Source: the human T2T-CHM13v2.0 reference genome, Homo sapiens
DNA: 64,000 bases
Strand: one strand, 5' to 3'
Assembly (NCBI RefSeq): GCF_009914755.1
Contig: NC_060947.1
The notes beneath the pieces were generated by a model. That model worked only from the letters and a program-made list of their open reading frames with translations. It was not told where the DNA came from and did not search any database. Shown here piece after piece: positions 49,856-64,000 of the stretch (position 1 is its first letter; each line of letters starts with the position of its first letter). A program made the position numbers and the translations under genes.

Positions 49856-50392
49856 TTATTTTATTGTATTCCAGCTTGCGGAACAGACATCAGACAATTT
49901 ACCTTACTATGGACAATTAGACATTTTGACAAATAGTTATAAGGTTTTAACTCTAGTAACAGTAGTTGAATAATTAAAATCCACTTTTAATATTTTATTT
50001 GGTATGAAATATTCTAAAATTCAAACACTACAAATAGAACTCTTGCTCCACAGCTGATAAATTTATTAAGCCAAAGAGAGCCTCAGTTTCATTTCATTAC
50101 TGACTTGAAATAGACTTTGAAATGTTAATATATCAAAGTCCAATGATGACAAACGTTTGCCATAACAGGTGGCATTATTTTCAAACTACGAACAATAATA
50201 ACAATGAAAACAAATAGAAACAATCTTTAGCACCATACTAGTTTAAAAATCCCTATTTAAGTTAAATTTTTGAAAGCAAAAGTTGTTAAAAATTTAAGTG
50301 TAACTAATATGAGAATATTCTGTCTGGTCCTTTGTTTCAATGTAATAAAAAGCACTTCCATAATTGAAGGACAAATTTGTTTTAAGTGACAG

Positions 50393-50543
50393 TCATTCAT
50401 TCAACACATATTTACTGAGCTCCTATTTTGTGTCAGATTTGGTCCTAGGACCTAAGAATACCTCAATGAACCAAAGAGGCAAAATTGCTGTTAATAAAGA
50501 TTAGTTTCTTAAATGAGGGGAAAGTCAGTAAAAAAACCATGAT

Positions 50544-50579
<36 letters not shown>

Positions 50580-51015
50580 ATGTTAGGTGGTGATAAGGGC
50601 TATGGTGAAAAAGCAGAATATGGGTGGTATTTTAGTTAGGGGTGAGAAATCCTCTTTAATAAGATGATGTTTGAGCAGAGATGTAAAAGAAGTGAGGGAG
50701 TTGGCCATGTGGCCATTTGAGAAAAGAATATTCCACATAGTGGGGATAGCATTTTTGAAGGCCTTGAGGGCAGAGTGTGCTTAAGGAACAGGAGGCATAC
50801 CAAGGATGCCAGTGTGATTTAAGTGAAGTAAACCAGAAGAAAGACGTGGGAGATGGGGGTCTCAGAAGTAGTGGTGATGTCGTTGTGAGTGTGGGTCAGC
50901 TAGGAGTCATATGGGAAGAGAGTCAACAAATCATGTAAGGCCTTGTAAGCTATATTAAGAGAAGTAGCCACTGGGGGCTTTTGAACGGGGGGGAACGACA
51001 TGATCTGACTTTTAG
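50393..51015 (-). mobile_element. L2 3' remnant containing (TG)n at 50546-50576
   Basis: TCATTCATTCAACACATATTTACTGAGC is the typical L2 3' end. GACATGATCTGACTT also matches. Confidence 0.75.
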
Positions 51016-51539
51016 TTATTTATAGATTGTCTATAGAGTCTGTGTCTTTCATTCCAAATTCTTAGTTTTTACAAGGCCACATTTCAGTTCATTTCTTTGT
51101 TTAGAAGCCAAAAACTTGATCAGAAAAACTTAGGGAGTTTTGGATAATTATTAACAATGATGATTATATTTAATAATAATAGTTTGTATTATTAACTTTA
51201 AACATCTCCATAATAAGAAAAACAACCACAGCAACAATGCGCACAATTGCTAGCCCTTACTTGGTGTCTGTTCTGTGCACTCTACATACATGTATTCTCA
51301 TGCAATTTTCACAACTACCTGTAAGGAGGTATAGTTCCTATTTTACATTTGCAGAAATGTGAACATGAACCACTTGTCCAGAGAAAATATTTTATTTATC
51401 CTGACAGTACATTATGCAAAACTGCATTTATCTTGTTTTAGTATAAAGTGACAACACAGAATAATATAGTGTGTGACTGATTTATTTGGATTACTTTGAT
51501 TTGAGTTGTTTATAATGATAGTGATTCCATTAAAATCAC

Positions 51540-51750
51540 AAATATTAACTGACTATACTATATTCCAGGCCCATTGCTGAATGCTTTACATGCATTATCT
51601 CATTTAATCCTTACAATAACCCAGACAAAGAAACTGAAGCTCAGAGATGAGAAGTACCTTATCCAAGGTCACACGGCCTAGTAAACAAGGATCAAACCTT
51701 GGCCTCTCTCCAGGCTTGTGTTTTTAATCACTGTTTTTAATCACTGCTAT
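51540..51750. mobile_element. MIR remnant
   Basis: CATTATCTCATTTAATCCTTACAATAACC...GAAACTGAAGCTCAGAGA...CCAAGGTCACAC. Confidence 0.75.
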
Positions 51751-52182
51751 ATGATTAAATGTGGGTGAAAATAGATTGATGCACTCAAAATTTTTTAAAG
51801 TGTAGCTGGTGGAACATTTTAAAAGCCACTTTATTCATCTTATTTATCATCTGAGAATGTAGAGTCATAAGTAGTTGGATCCCTAAGTCCATTTGGATTG
51901 ATAATATACTCTAAGATTCTATAAATCTGTAGCACAATTGCACTGTTTCTTCTAGGTCAGCCTCTGTGACAATTAGCCATATTATTACCTTGATCTGTCC
52001 ACATGTCCCATATGTTGTTTGTCTAATCATTTGAACTGTTTGATCCTTGAGACCAGTGATGACCATGGCATGCCTATCACTTTGGATATGTAACATGTGG
52101 AAAAATACATTTGTCATTTCAGTATGTTCAACCCAAGTTACAAAAACAGCAACAAGGACAAAAATGCAAGGATGGATTGCTG

Positions 52183-52333
52183 AAAGAGAAATAAGGAGGA
52201 GGGGTGAGAGAAGTGAAATGAGAAGAGAGGTGTGGAGAAGGGTGGTGGGTGGGGGAGAGGGAAAAGGAGGGGGAGGGAGGGAGAAAGAGATGGGGCAGTG
52301 GGGGGAGAGAGAGAGAGAGAGAGAGAGAGAGGG
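52183..52333. repeat. Purine-rich tract ending in (GA)n
   Basis: Read directly from the sequence. Confidence 0.85.
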
Positions 52334-53539
52334 AAACTTCCAGTGACAAAATGGAAATATTTTACCAGCACCAGTCTGTCAGTAGTTAACCAGTCTACTG
52401 TGGATTCTGAAAGATTCATTTGTCTCCTTATTATATATACCCTCCTAAGGCTTTCTTATATTCACAAAGCCAAAAAGAGAAAGCAATTGTTATGAAACAT
52501 TTATTATTTAAGATAAATAGGACTGTAAGCTACTGGAGACCAGAGGGCAAGCTTAATTTATCTTGTATTCCCAAGACCTGGTTCAAGGCTTGGTACATGG
52601 TGGTCCTTGAGGGAATGGTTACTGAAAGAATGAATGCTTGAAAGAAGCTTGAACTATAAAGATGGTGTGAATAATATCAACAAAATCTTGCATGAGCATG
52701 CTGACAGCTTACATTAAAAAATGTTGAAACCAACTTTTTCAGTCTTGATCACATTTGTACCAATTGGTTGCTGAAGGGGGTACTTATTTTAACACTTCAT
52801 TCCCTCATTCTCCAAGTGCTTCCTTCTCAAAGTTCCATAGTCCTCTTCCCCAGAAAGAGGAGGACCATTTTCCTCTCCAGCTTCCATGTTTCAAACTCCA
52901 AGCAAGCTCAGAACACCCATAATTAACTTACTGGCCCAAATCAACTAATTATTCCAGAAGATTTACTTTTTTACAACTGAAGCAATGAACTTGGATCTTC
53001 CTTGCCTGTCTCCTCTACTCTCCTTCCTGCCTCAGGTTTGCTGTCTTACACAGCGGGAAGGCCTTATTAGCTAGCTGGATACCTAAGGGAGTTTACATTT
53101 CCCTTTTACTCTTGTTTTCACCCTAGTTCTTACATAGAAGTGCCTAGAACTTCTCAAAGTATTTGAAAAATTTCAAGGGCAAACCCAGAAATTTTTAGAA
53201 ATTCACAATCTTACAGAAAAAATAAATTTATTTTGAAATTGTAAGTCAAGTTATGTATGCATTGTTCCCTTATTTTATATATTAATACCACTTTTAGATT
53301 TTTATGAAGAGCTGTCCGAGTTCTTTGAAGAGAATTTTACAGCCAATTAAATTATGTAAACAAAACTGCTTCAATTAAAGCTCTTTTCATCTTATTAAAT
53401 TCATCTTAGCTATGGACATTTACCTTTGAGTTAAGAGTCAGTAAATAAATACATTCCTTTTATAACAGCATTTTACTTGTGAGATTTGCTCTAAGTGTAT
53501 TATATTTATGGAGTGCTCTCATTTGCTGAGCTATCCTAC

Positions 53540-53920
53540 TGATATGGTTTAGATCTGTGGCCACACTCAAATCTCATGTTAAATGGTAATCACCAATGTT
53601 AGGGGTGTGGCTTGGTGGGAGGTGATTGGATCATGAGGGTGAATCCTTCAGGAATGGTTTAGCACCATCCATTACTTGGTACTGTATAGTGGGTGAGTTC
53701 TCATGAGATCTGTTTGTTTAAAAGTGTGTGGCACCTCCCCCCTCTCTTTCTCCTGCTCTGGCCATGTGAAGACGCCTGCTCTGGCTCTGCCTTCCGCCAT
53801 GAGCAAAAGCTCCCTAAGGCCTCCCCAGCTATACTTCCTGTAAAGCATGCGGAACCATGAATCAATTAAACCTCCCCAGCCTCAAGCATTTCTTTATAGC
53901 AATGTGAGAATGGACTAATA
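53540..53920 (+). mobile_element. Solo MST (MSTA-like) MaLR LTR
   Basis: TGATATGGTTTAGATCTGTG...CAAATCTCATGTT...GAGAATGGACTAATA. Confidence 0.88.
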
Positions 53921-54039
53921 TTTTAAAACATTTTTCTGATTTACTTTTATCTGGAGATCCCCAGAATACATAGATGTCCCCTTTTTATCAGGAAAATTAA
54001 TTAATGTGCCTCATATTTATCAGAATGGTGTAGAAGAAA

Positions 54040-54230
54040 TAATGCCTGAGGTTTGAACCTCAGTTCTCTAATTTACTAGCTGTTTGAGGTTGGGCAAGTT
54101 ATTTAACCTCTTTGTGCTTCAATCTCCTCATTTCTCTCTATTTATAAGGTATGGATGATAAATGTCTTTCAGAATTATTGCAAAGTATACATAAAATATG
54201 TGTCAAGTGCCCAGCACAGTACTTGGTGCC
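54040..54230. mobile_element. MIR remnant
   Basis: TTTACTAGCTGT...TTGGGCAAGTTATTTAACCTCT. Confidence 0.7.
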
Positions 54231-54976
54231 CTCTCCTGTATCCTATTCACATTCTTTAATGTCTGCACCTCCCTAACAACCCTGGGGGACTTCATATCTA
54301 GGGAAATGAAAAGTGGCTTCTCCTCACAAAAAGTCTGGAGACCTTCAGATGGAATCAACCCCATAGGCTATTTATACGACATTTACTTTTCTGCATTAAC
54401 TCCAGAGAAACCTTCTGACTATGAGTTTAGTACAAATAACCAAATGAAAATTTATACAGTTAGAGCAGAAATAGATTTATGCTAACAGTACTGTTCATTG
54501 AATGAAAGTGTTACATTTACTGCAATCTGTGGGGCTACAGATACATGCCACTGAAAATAACTAAAGCACAATGAAAATAGCAATGCCACACTATTCTTAA
54601 AGTTCATTCATTTATGTATTGATTTGTTATCTGTTTCTCTAGACAATGTCCTTTGGAATTTCTAGGCTATAGCTGGTATTTTAATCTTAAAATAAAAGGA
54701 GAATAGAGACAGGAAAAGGGCAAACGGAGAGTGACTGCTAACAGGCATCAGGTTTCCTTTAGAAGTGATAAAAGTTTTTGGCTGGCAGGAAAGATGGCCG
54801 ACTAGGAACAGCTCTGGTCTACAGCTCCCAGCGTGAGTGATGCAGAAGATGGGTGATTTCTGCATTTCCATCTGAGGTACAGGGTTCATCTCACTAGGGA
54901 GTGCCAGACAGTGGGCGCAGGACAGTGGGTGCAGCGCACCATGCACGAGCCGAAGCAGGGCAAGGCATTGCCTCAC

Positions 54977-55231
54977 TCAGGAAGTGCAAGGGGTCAGGGA
55001 GTTCCCTTTCCTAGTCAAAGAAAGGGATGACAGACGGCACCTGGAAAATCGGGTCACTCCCACACTAATACTGCGCTTCTCTGATGGGCTTAAAAAACCG
55101 CGCACCAGGAGATTATATCCCACACCTGGCTCAGAGGGTCCTATGCCCACAGAGTCTTGCTGAGTGCTAGCACAGCAGTCTGAGATCAAACTGCAAGATG
55201 GCAGCGAGGCTGGGGGAGGGGTGCCCGCCAT
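54977..55231 (-). CDS. ORF0: L1 antisense ORF0, open, 84 aa
   Basis: MAGTPPPASLPSCSLISDCCAS...VGVTRFSRC matches ORF0. Confidence 0.75.
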   Translation of the reverse strand: MAGTPPPASLPSCSLISDCCASTQQDSVGIGPSEPGVGYNLLVRGFLSPSEKRSISVGVTRFSRCRLSSLSLTRKGNSLTPCTS

Positions 55232-55814
55232 TGCCCAGGCTTGCTTAGGTAAACAAAGCAGCTGGGAAGCTCAAACTGGGTGGAGCCCATCACAGCTCAA
55301 GGAGGCCTGCCTACCTCTGTAGGCTCCACCTCTGGGGGCAGGGCACAGACAAACAAAATGACAGCAGTAAGCTCTGCAGACTTAAATGTCCCTGTCTGGC
55401 AGCTTTGAAGAGAGCAGTGGTTCTCCCAGCACGCAGCTGGAGATCTGAGAATGGGCAGACTGCCTCCTCAAATGGGTCCCTGACCCCTGACCCCTGAGCA
55501 GCCTAACTGGGAGGCACCCCCCTGTAGGGGCAGATAGACCCCTTACACGGCCGGGTACTCCTCTGAGACAAAACTTCCAGAGGAATGATCAGACAGCAGC
55601 ATTGGCGGTTCACGAAAATCCGCTGTTCTGCAGCCACCGCTGCTGATACCCAAGCAAACAGGGTCTGGAGTGGACCTCTAGCAAACTCCAACAGACCTGC
55701 AGCTGAGGGTCCTGTCTGTTAGAAGGAAAACTAACAAACAGAAAGGACATCCACACCAAAAACCCAGCTGTACATCACCATCATCAAAGACTAAAAGTAG
55801 ATAAAACCACAAAG

Positions 55815-56831
55815 ATGGGGAAAAAACAGAGCAGAAAAACTGGAAACTCTAAAAATCAGAGTGCCTCTCCTCCTCCAAAGAAACACAGTTCCTCACCAGC
55901 AATGGAACAAAGCTGGACAGAGAATGACTTTGACGAGTTGAGAGAAGAAGGCTTCAGACGATCAAACAACTCTGAGCTACAGGAGGAAATTCAAACCAAA
56001 GGCAAAGAAGTTAAAAACTTTGAAAAAAATTTAGACGAATGTGTAACTAGAATAACCAATACAGAGAAGTGCTTAAAGGAGCTGATGGAGCTGAAAGCCA
56101 AGGCTCAAGAACTACGTGAAGAATGCAGAAGCCTCAGGAGCCGATGCGATCAACTGGAAGAAAGGGTATCAGTGATGGAAGATGAAATGAATGAAATGAA
56201 GCGAGAAGGGAAGTTTAGAGAAAAAAGAATAAAAAGAAACGAACAAAGCCTCCAAGAAATATGGGACTATGTGAAAAGACTAAACCTACATCTGATTGGT
56301 GTACCTGAAAGTGACGAGGAGAATGGAACCAAGTTGGAAAACACTCTGCAGGATATTATCCAGGAGAACTTCCCCAATCTAGCAAGGGAGGCCAACATTC
56401 AGTTTCAGGAAATACAGAGAACGCCACAAAGATACTCCCCGAGAAGAGCAACTCCAAGACAAATAATTGTCAGATTCACCAAAGTTGAAATGAAGGAAAA
56501 AATGTTAAGGGCAGCCAGAGAGAAAGGTCAGGTTACCCACAAAGGGAAGCCCATCAGACTAACAGCTGATCTCTTGGCAGAAACTCTACAAGCCAGAAGA
56601 GAGTGGAAGCCAATATTCAACATTCTTAAAGAAAAGAATTTTCAACCCAGAATTTCATATCCAGCCAAACTAAGCTTCATAAGTGAAGGAGAAATAAAAT
56701 ACTTTACACACAAGCAAATGCTGAGAGATTTTGTCACTACCAGGCCTGCCCTAAAAGAGCTCCTGAAGGAAGCACTAAACATGGAAAGGAACAACCAGTA
56801 CCAGCCACTGCAAAATCATGCCAAATTGTAA
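55815..56831 (+). CDS. L1 ORF1p, uninterrupted 338 aa
   Basis: MGKKQSRK...QNHAKL at canonical length, with REKG, ARR and YPAKLS motifs retained. Confidence 0.9.
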   Translation: MGKKQSRKTGNSKNQSASPPPKKHSSSPAMEQSWTENDFDELREEGFRRSNNSELQEEIQTKGKEVKNFEKNLDECVTRITNTEKCLKELMELKAKAQELREECRSLRSRCDQLEERVSVMEDEMNEMKREGKFREKRIKRNEQSLQEIWDYVKRLNLHLIGVPESDEENGTKLENTLQDIIQENFPNLAREANIQFQEIQRTPQRYSPRRATPRQIIVRFTKVEMKEKMLRAAREKGQVTHKGKPIRLTADLLAETLQARREWKPIFNILKEKNFQPRISYPAKLSFISEGEIKYFTHKQMLRDFVTTRPALKELLKEALNMERNNQYQPLQNHAKL

Positions 56832-56894
56832 AGACCATCGAGGCTAGGAAGAAACTGCATCAACTAACGAGCAAAATAACCAGCGAACATCATA

Positions 56895-60722
<3,828 letters not shown>

Positions 60723-61447
60723 ACAATGAGAACACATGGACACAGGAAGGGGAACATCACACTCTGGGGACTGTTGTGGGGTGGGGGGATGGGGGAGGGA
60801 TAGCATTAGGAGATATACCTAATGCTAAATGACGAGTTAATGGGTTCAGCACACCAGCATGGCACATGTATACATATGTAACTAACCTGCACATTGTGCA
60901 CATGTACCCTAAAACTTAAAGTATAATAATAATAATAATAATAATAAAAAGAAGTGATAAAAATGTTTTGGAATTATATAGTGGTGATAGCTGCACAACT
61001 TCATGAATATACTAAATATATTTTTAAAACGGTGCATTTCATATGTAAATTATATCTCAGTTTAAAAAAACAATTAAAAGAAGAATAATTTCAGTTGTGT
61101 GATCAGTATAAAATATAACCAATAAAAAATAGGAGTGTTACTGCTGAAACAACATGCAATAAATTAATTGTAAAGAAAGCTGTCAACTTCTAGATACCCA
61201 AGTATGAGCTAGTTTCTTTGTGGGTGTATTGCAAATTATTTACCGTAAAAATTCTGCTTTCCCGTTGTACATTTTACAAATCCTTATTGAAAACCACGAA
61301 TTCAAATATCTGTAGGGTAAATATCTAAAAGCTCAAGCACTCTCATAATTCCTAGTGATAAACTTCCTGTTTTCATTTCCTTGGAGTAAAAACCTCAAGA
61401 TCCACCCAGAACACCACCCCAAACTTCCTGTCATCTTGTTCTATCTT

Positions 61448-61508
61448 CTTTTTTTTTCAAATTTTATTATTATTATACTTTAAGTTTCAGGATACATGTG
61501 CACAACGT
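61448..61508 (-). mobile_element. Very short L1PA 3'-end fragment
   Basis: TTATTATTATACTTTAAGTTTCAGGATACATGTGCACAACGT following a T run. Confidence 0.8.
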
Positions 61509-63118
61509 TGTTTTGCAGCTCAAAAGCAAAAATATCCAAAATTGTACAACTCTTTTTTGTTTTTGTATCCTTTTAGGAGCTTGAAAAGTGGTTGGGGTAA
61601 ATGACTCCCTTAAACAAAGCTAAATAACCATTTGCTCTGAATTGATGGTCAGTTTTGGAGAGATGATTATTTTGCCTCTTTCCCTGTCTCTTTGGTGAGG
61701 GATTGTTCTCTCTAATCTCCAGCTTTGAGAATTTGTCCAATCAATCAAAGCAGATCTTGAATTACTTCTAGGCCACCTGGACAGGGACTTAATTATAGCT
61801 TCATCAATAATAGTAATATTTCAAATAATGTATCAACAGAATGGGGTGACTACCAGAAAAACAGGGTTCAGAGAGGCAAAACTGTTGAGAGAATGACTTG
61901 GAGGGCTCATCAATCTGGCAACCCGAGTGATAATCCCTGACAGAAATTTCCCGAAACTAAAGCAAAATAGGTTCCCAGTTACCAGCTTTCCTGATCTGAT
62001 TGCAAAGTTACCAAGCCAGATTTACCTTGTTTCCTAATATTGGGATGGAGATGAAGAGGGTGCTTCAGATAAGGAACGCAATCTTTGTGGTCACTGGAAA
62101 GTAGTATATCTCTATTGCAAAGTAATAAATTAACAATCAAAGTACTATATCAGTTTTGAGATAATTTGATTGACATGAGCCATCACTGAGAGCCTGGGTA
62201 TTCTGAGAAAGTTCAATATCTAGACCTAAAGCTCAAGGACCAAACTCTAGCTTAACAATTTGTTGATCCACTGCCCTATGAGAGTTCTAACCTGACAACA
62301 TCTCCCCAAAACATCCCCCCAAAACATCCCCATCGCCTAAGAGTGGTGTTTAAATATTTCCAAGACAGCTTGTTGGTTTGGCCAATTTAGTCAATTGGCA
62401 ATTTTGGATAATTTAGTCAAGCTATTTAATTTAGTCATATCAGTGGGAGAAATGTCAAATCATTTAGCTGATATTTGGAATGTAAACAAAAATATAGATA
62501 ATTTTCATTTAAAATTTTTTTCCACCAGTTGGTTTATATAGCATTTGAGGATAGAACTAGGGTGCCTTTTGCAAGATTCTAGTCTGAACATGGTGCTCAG
62601 GCCTGAAGCTGTCTTTGGGGCAAAGGGAAATTAGAACTCTCCCTTCTCCTTATGTTCTTGGGACCAGATTCAGCTGGAAGCAGCTGGTCTCAAGAATGTA
62701 CTGAGTCTGACATCCATTCATCTCACTACATCAGTTTCACCTTAACTTACTTAATAGTCCTCTGTGTCACTTTTCATGTGATGCGTAGACAAAGAGGTAG
62801 TTTGATGAAAATAATCACTCATGTTGGGCATTTCACTGAATTTTAAGCTGGTTTCTACAAAATGGCCAATCTGATTGTTATTTCTGAATAAAAGACCTTA
62901 TTTTTTTTTCCATTTGCTTTAATTGTGACATTTCACAGACAGGCACAAAAATAATATGCAAAGATTCATCAATAATGGGCAATCTTCTTAACTACCCTCC
63001 TTTTAGAGACCCCCAGGTTAGGAAAAGTCCAGTGACAATTAAAGCAAGGCTACTCTATGGGTAAGTGAATTAAAGAAAAGTTGGTATAAAGTATGTACGT
63101 GGGTACATGGGTATGAAT

Positions 63119-63119
<1 letters not shown>

Positions 63120-63148
<29 letters not shown>
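63120..63148. repeat. (TG)n microsatellite
   Basis: Read directly from the sequence. Confidence 0.9.
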
Positions 63149-63150
<2 letters not shown>

Positions 63151-64000
63151 GAAGTTGAGAGAAGTGGCAATGATATTGGCACTCAGTGTGGTGGCTGGGG
63201 TTGGGGAAAGTTAAAATGACTCTGAGAGACCTAGATTAAAAAGGAAGACCCATATATATTAAAATCATTCCGTAATCTGTACCTCTAATCTTTACCTCTA
63301 TAACCAGGGCACTATGTCTAGAATTTTTACGCATTTTTGCATTTATGTATTTCTTTTCTCCTTTGAAGTTTCATCTGTGTGTGTGGGTGGAGGTGAGGCG
63401 GCAAATAAAATTTGTTCTGAACTCTGTAACCTTCTAGCAGAGGAAGAATTTCTCTCAAGAACATTTACTTTTTTAGCTTAGTCCTTTAAAATTTACTGTT
63501 AAGTAATCTCACAATAAACAACAGGTATTCATTAGAAAAAAATTAATTTAATGTGATTTACTATTTAATTCTGCTAGCTCAGCTACACTTGTCCTGCAGA
63601 GCTGCATAATTTATTCAAATGGCCTGAAACTTTTTAAGTAAGTCTACCAGCAGAAAAATTATTCCCTACTCCCAGGAGAATGAACTTTTTGTGTTGTACT
63701 GCTTCCCAGGACTGACACTTATTTGACTCTCAAGTGTATTTACATTGTTGGCTTAACTGGGAGTTCTTTGCTGAATCAATAATATACAGTATTTCTTCAA
63801 GTGGTGTCAATATTATTGCTATTCTTTTTATAAACTTTTTGTTAATTCTCTGCAGTTACAAAATTTTTCTTTGACTTGTGAAAAAATTTACTCCTAAGAT
63901 TATGAAGACGCAGAGTAAATGGCCCTTTAATCTTCTGGGAAATATGTACCTCTTTAAACTTTATTTATGTCAGAACTTACTGTAATGAAGGACAAAAGCT

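Noticed and set aside
60776-60799. G-quadruplex-like G-runs
   Set aside because: Standard feature of the L1PA 3' UTR

Overview
Primate (most likely human) intergenic DNA, about 60% LINE-1 by my rough count, with no intact cellular gene. At the left end is a minus-strand processed pseudogene of API5 (probably API5P1 at Xq23; the locus name is an inference). It retrotransposed into ORF2 of an old L1PB and later received a solo HERV-H LTR7 in its 3' UTR. The rest is stacked retroelements: a partial THE1, a rearranged and duplicated L1PB/(TA)n block, old L1M/L1MA elements, two full-length plus-strand L1PA elements (about L1PA4-5 at 16.8-22.9 kb and L1PA3 at 54.8-60.9 kb), a complete THE1A with an internal AluS, a solo MSTA LTR, Alus, MIR, L2, MER5 and microsatellites. 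I see no convincing new biological system. The best leads are: an LTR7 promoter pointing antisense through the API5 retrocopy; an L1PA3 with open ORF1, ORF0 and endonuclease domain plus the ZNF93-target segment; derived and inactivating mutations shared between the two L1PA copies (possible gene conversion); and an L1PA lacking a matching TSD (possible recombinant). Subfamily calls are by eye from remembered consensus sequences and need RepeatMasker/Dfam confirmation.
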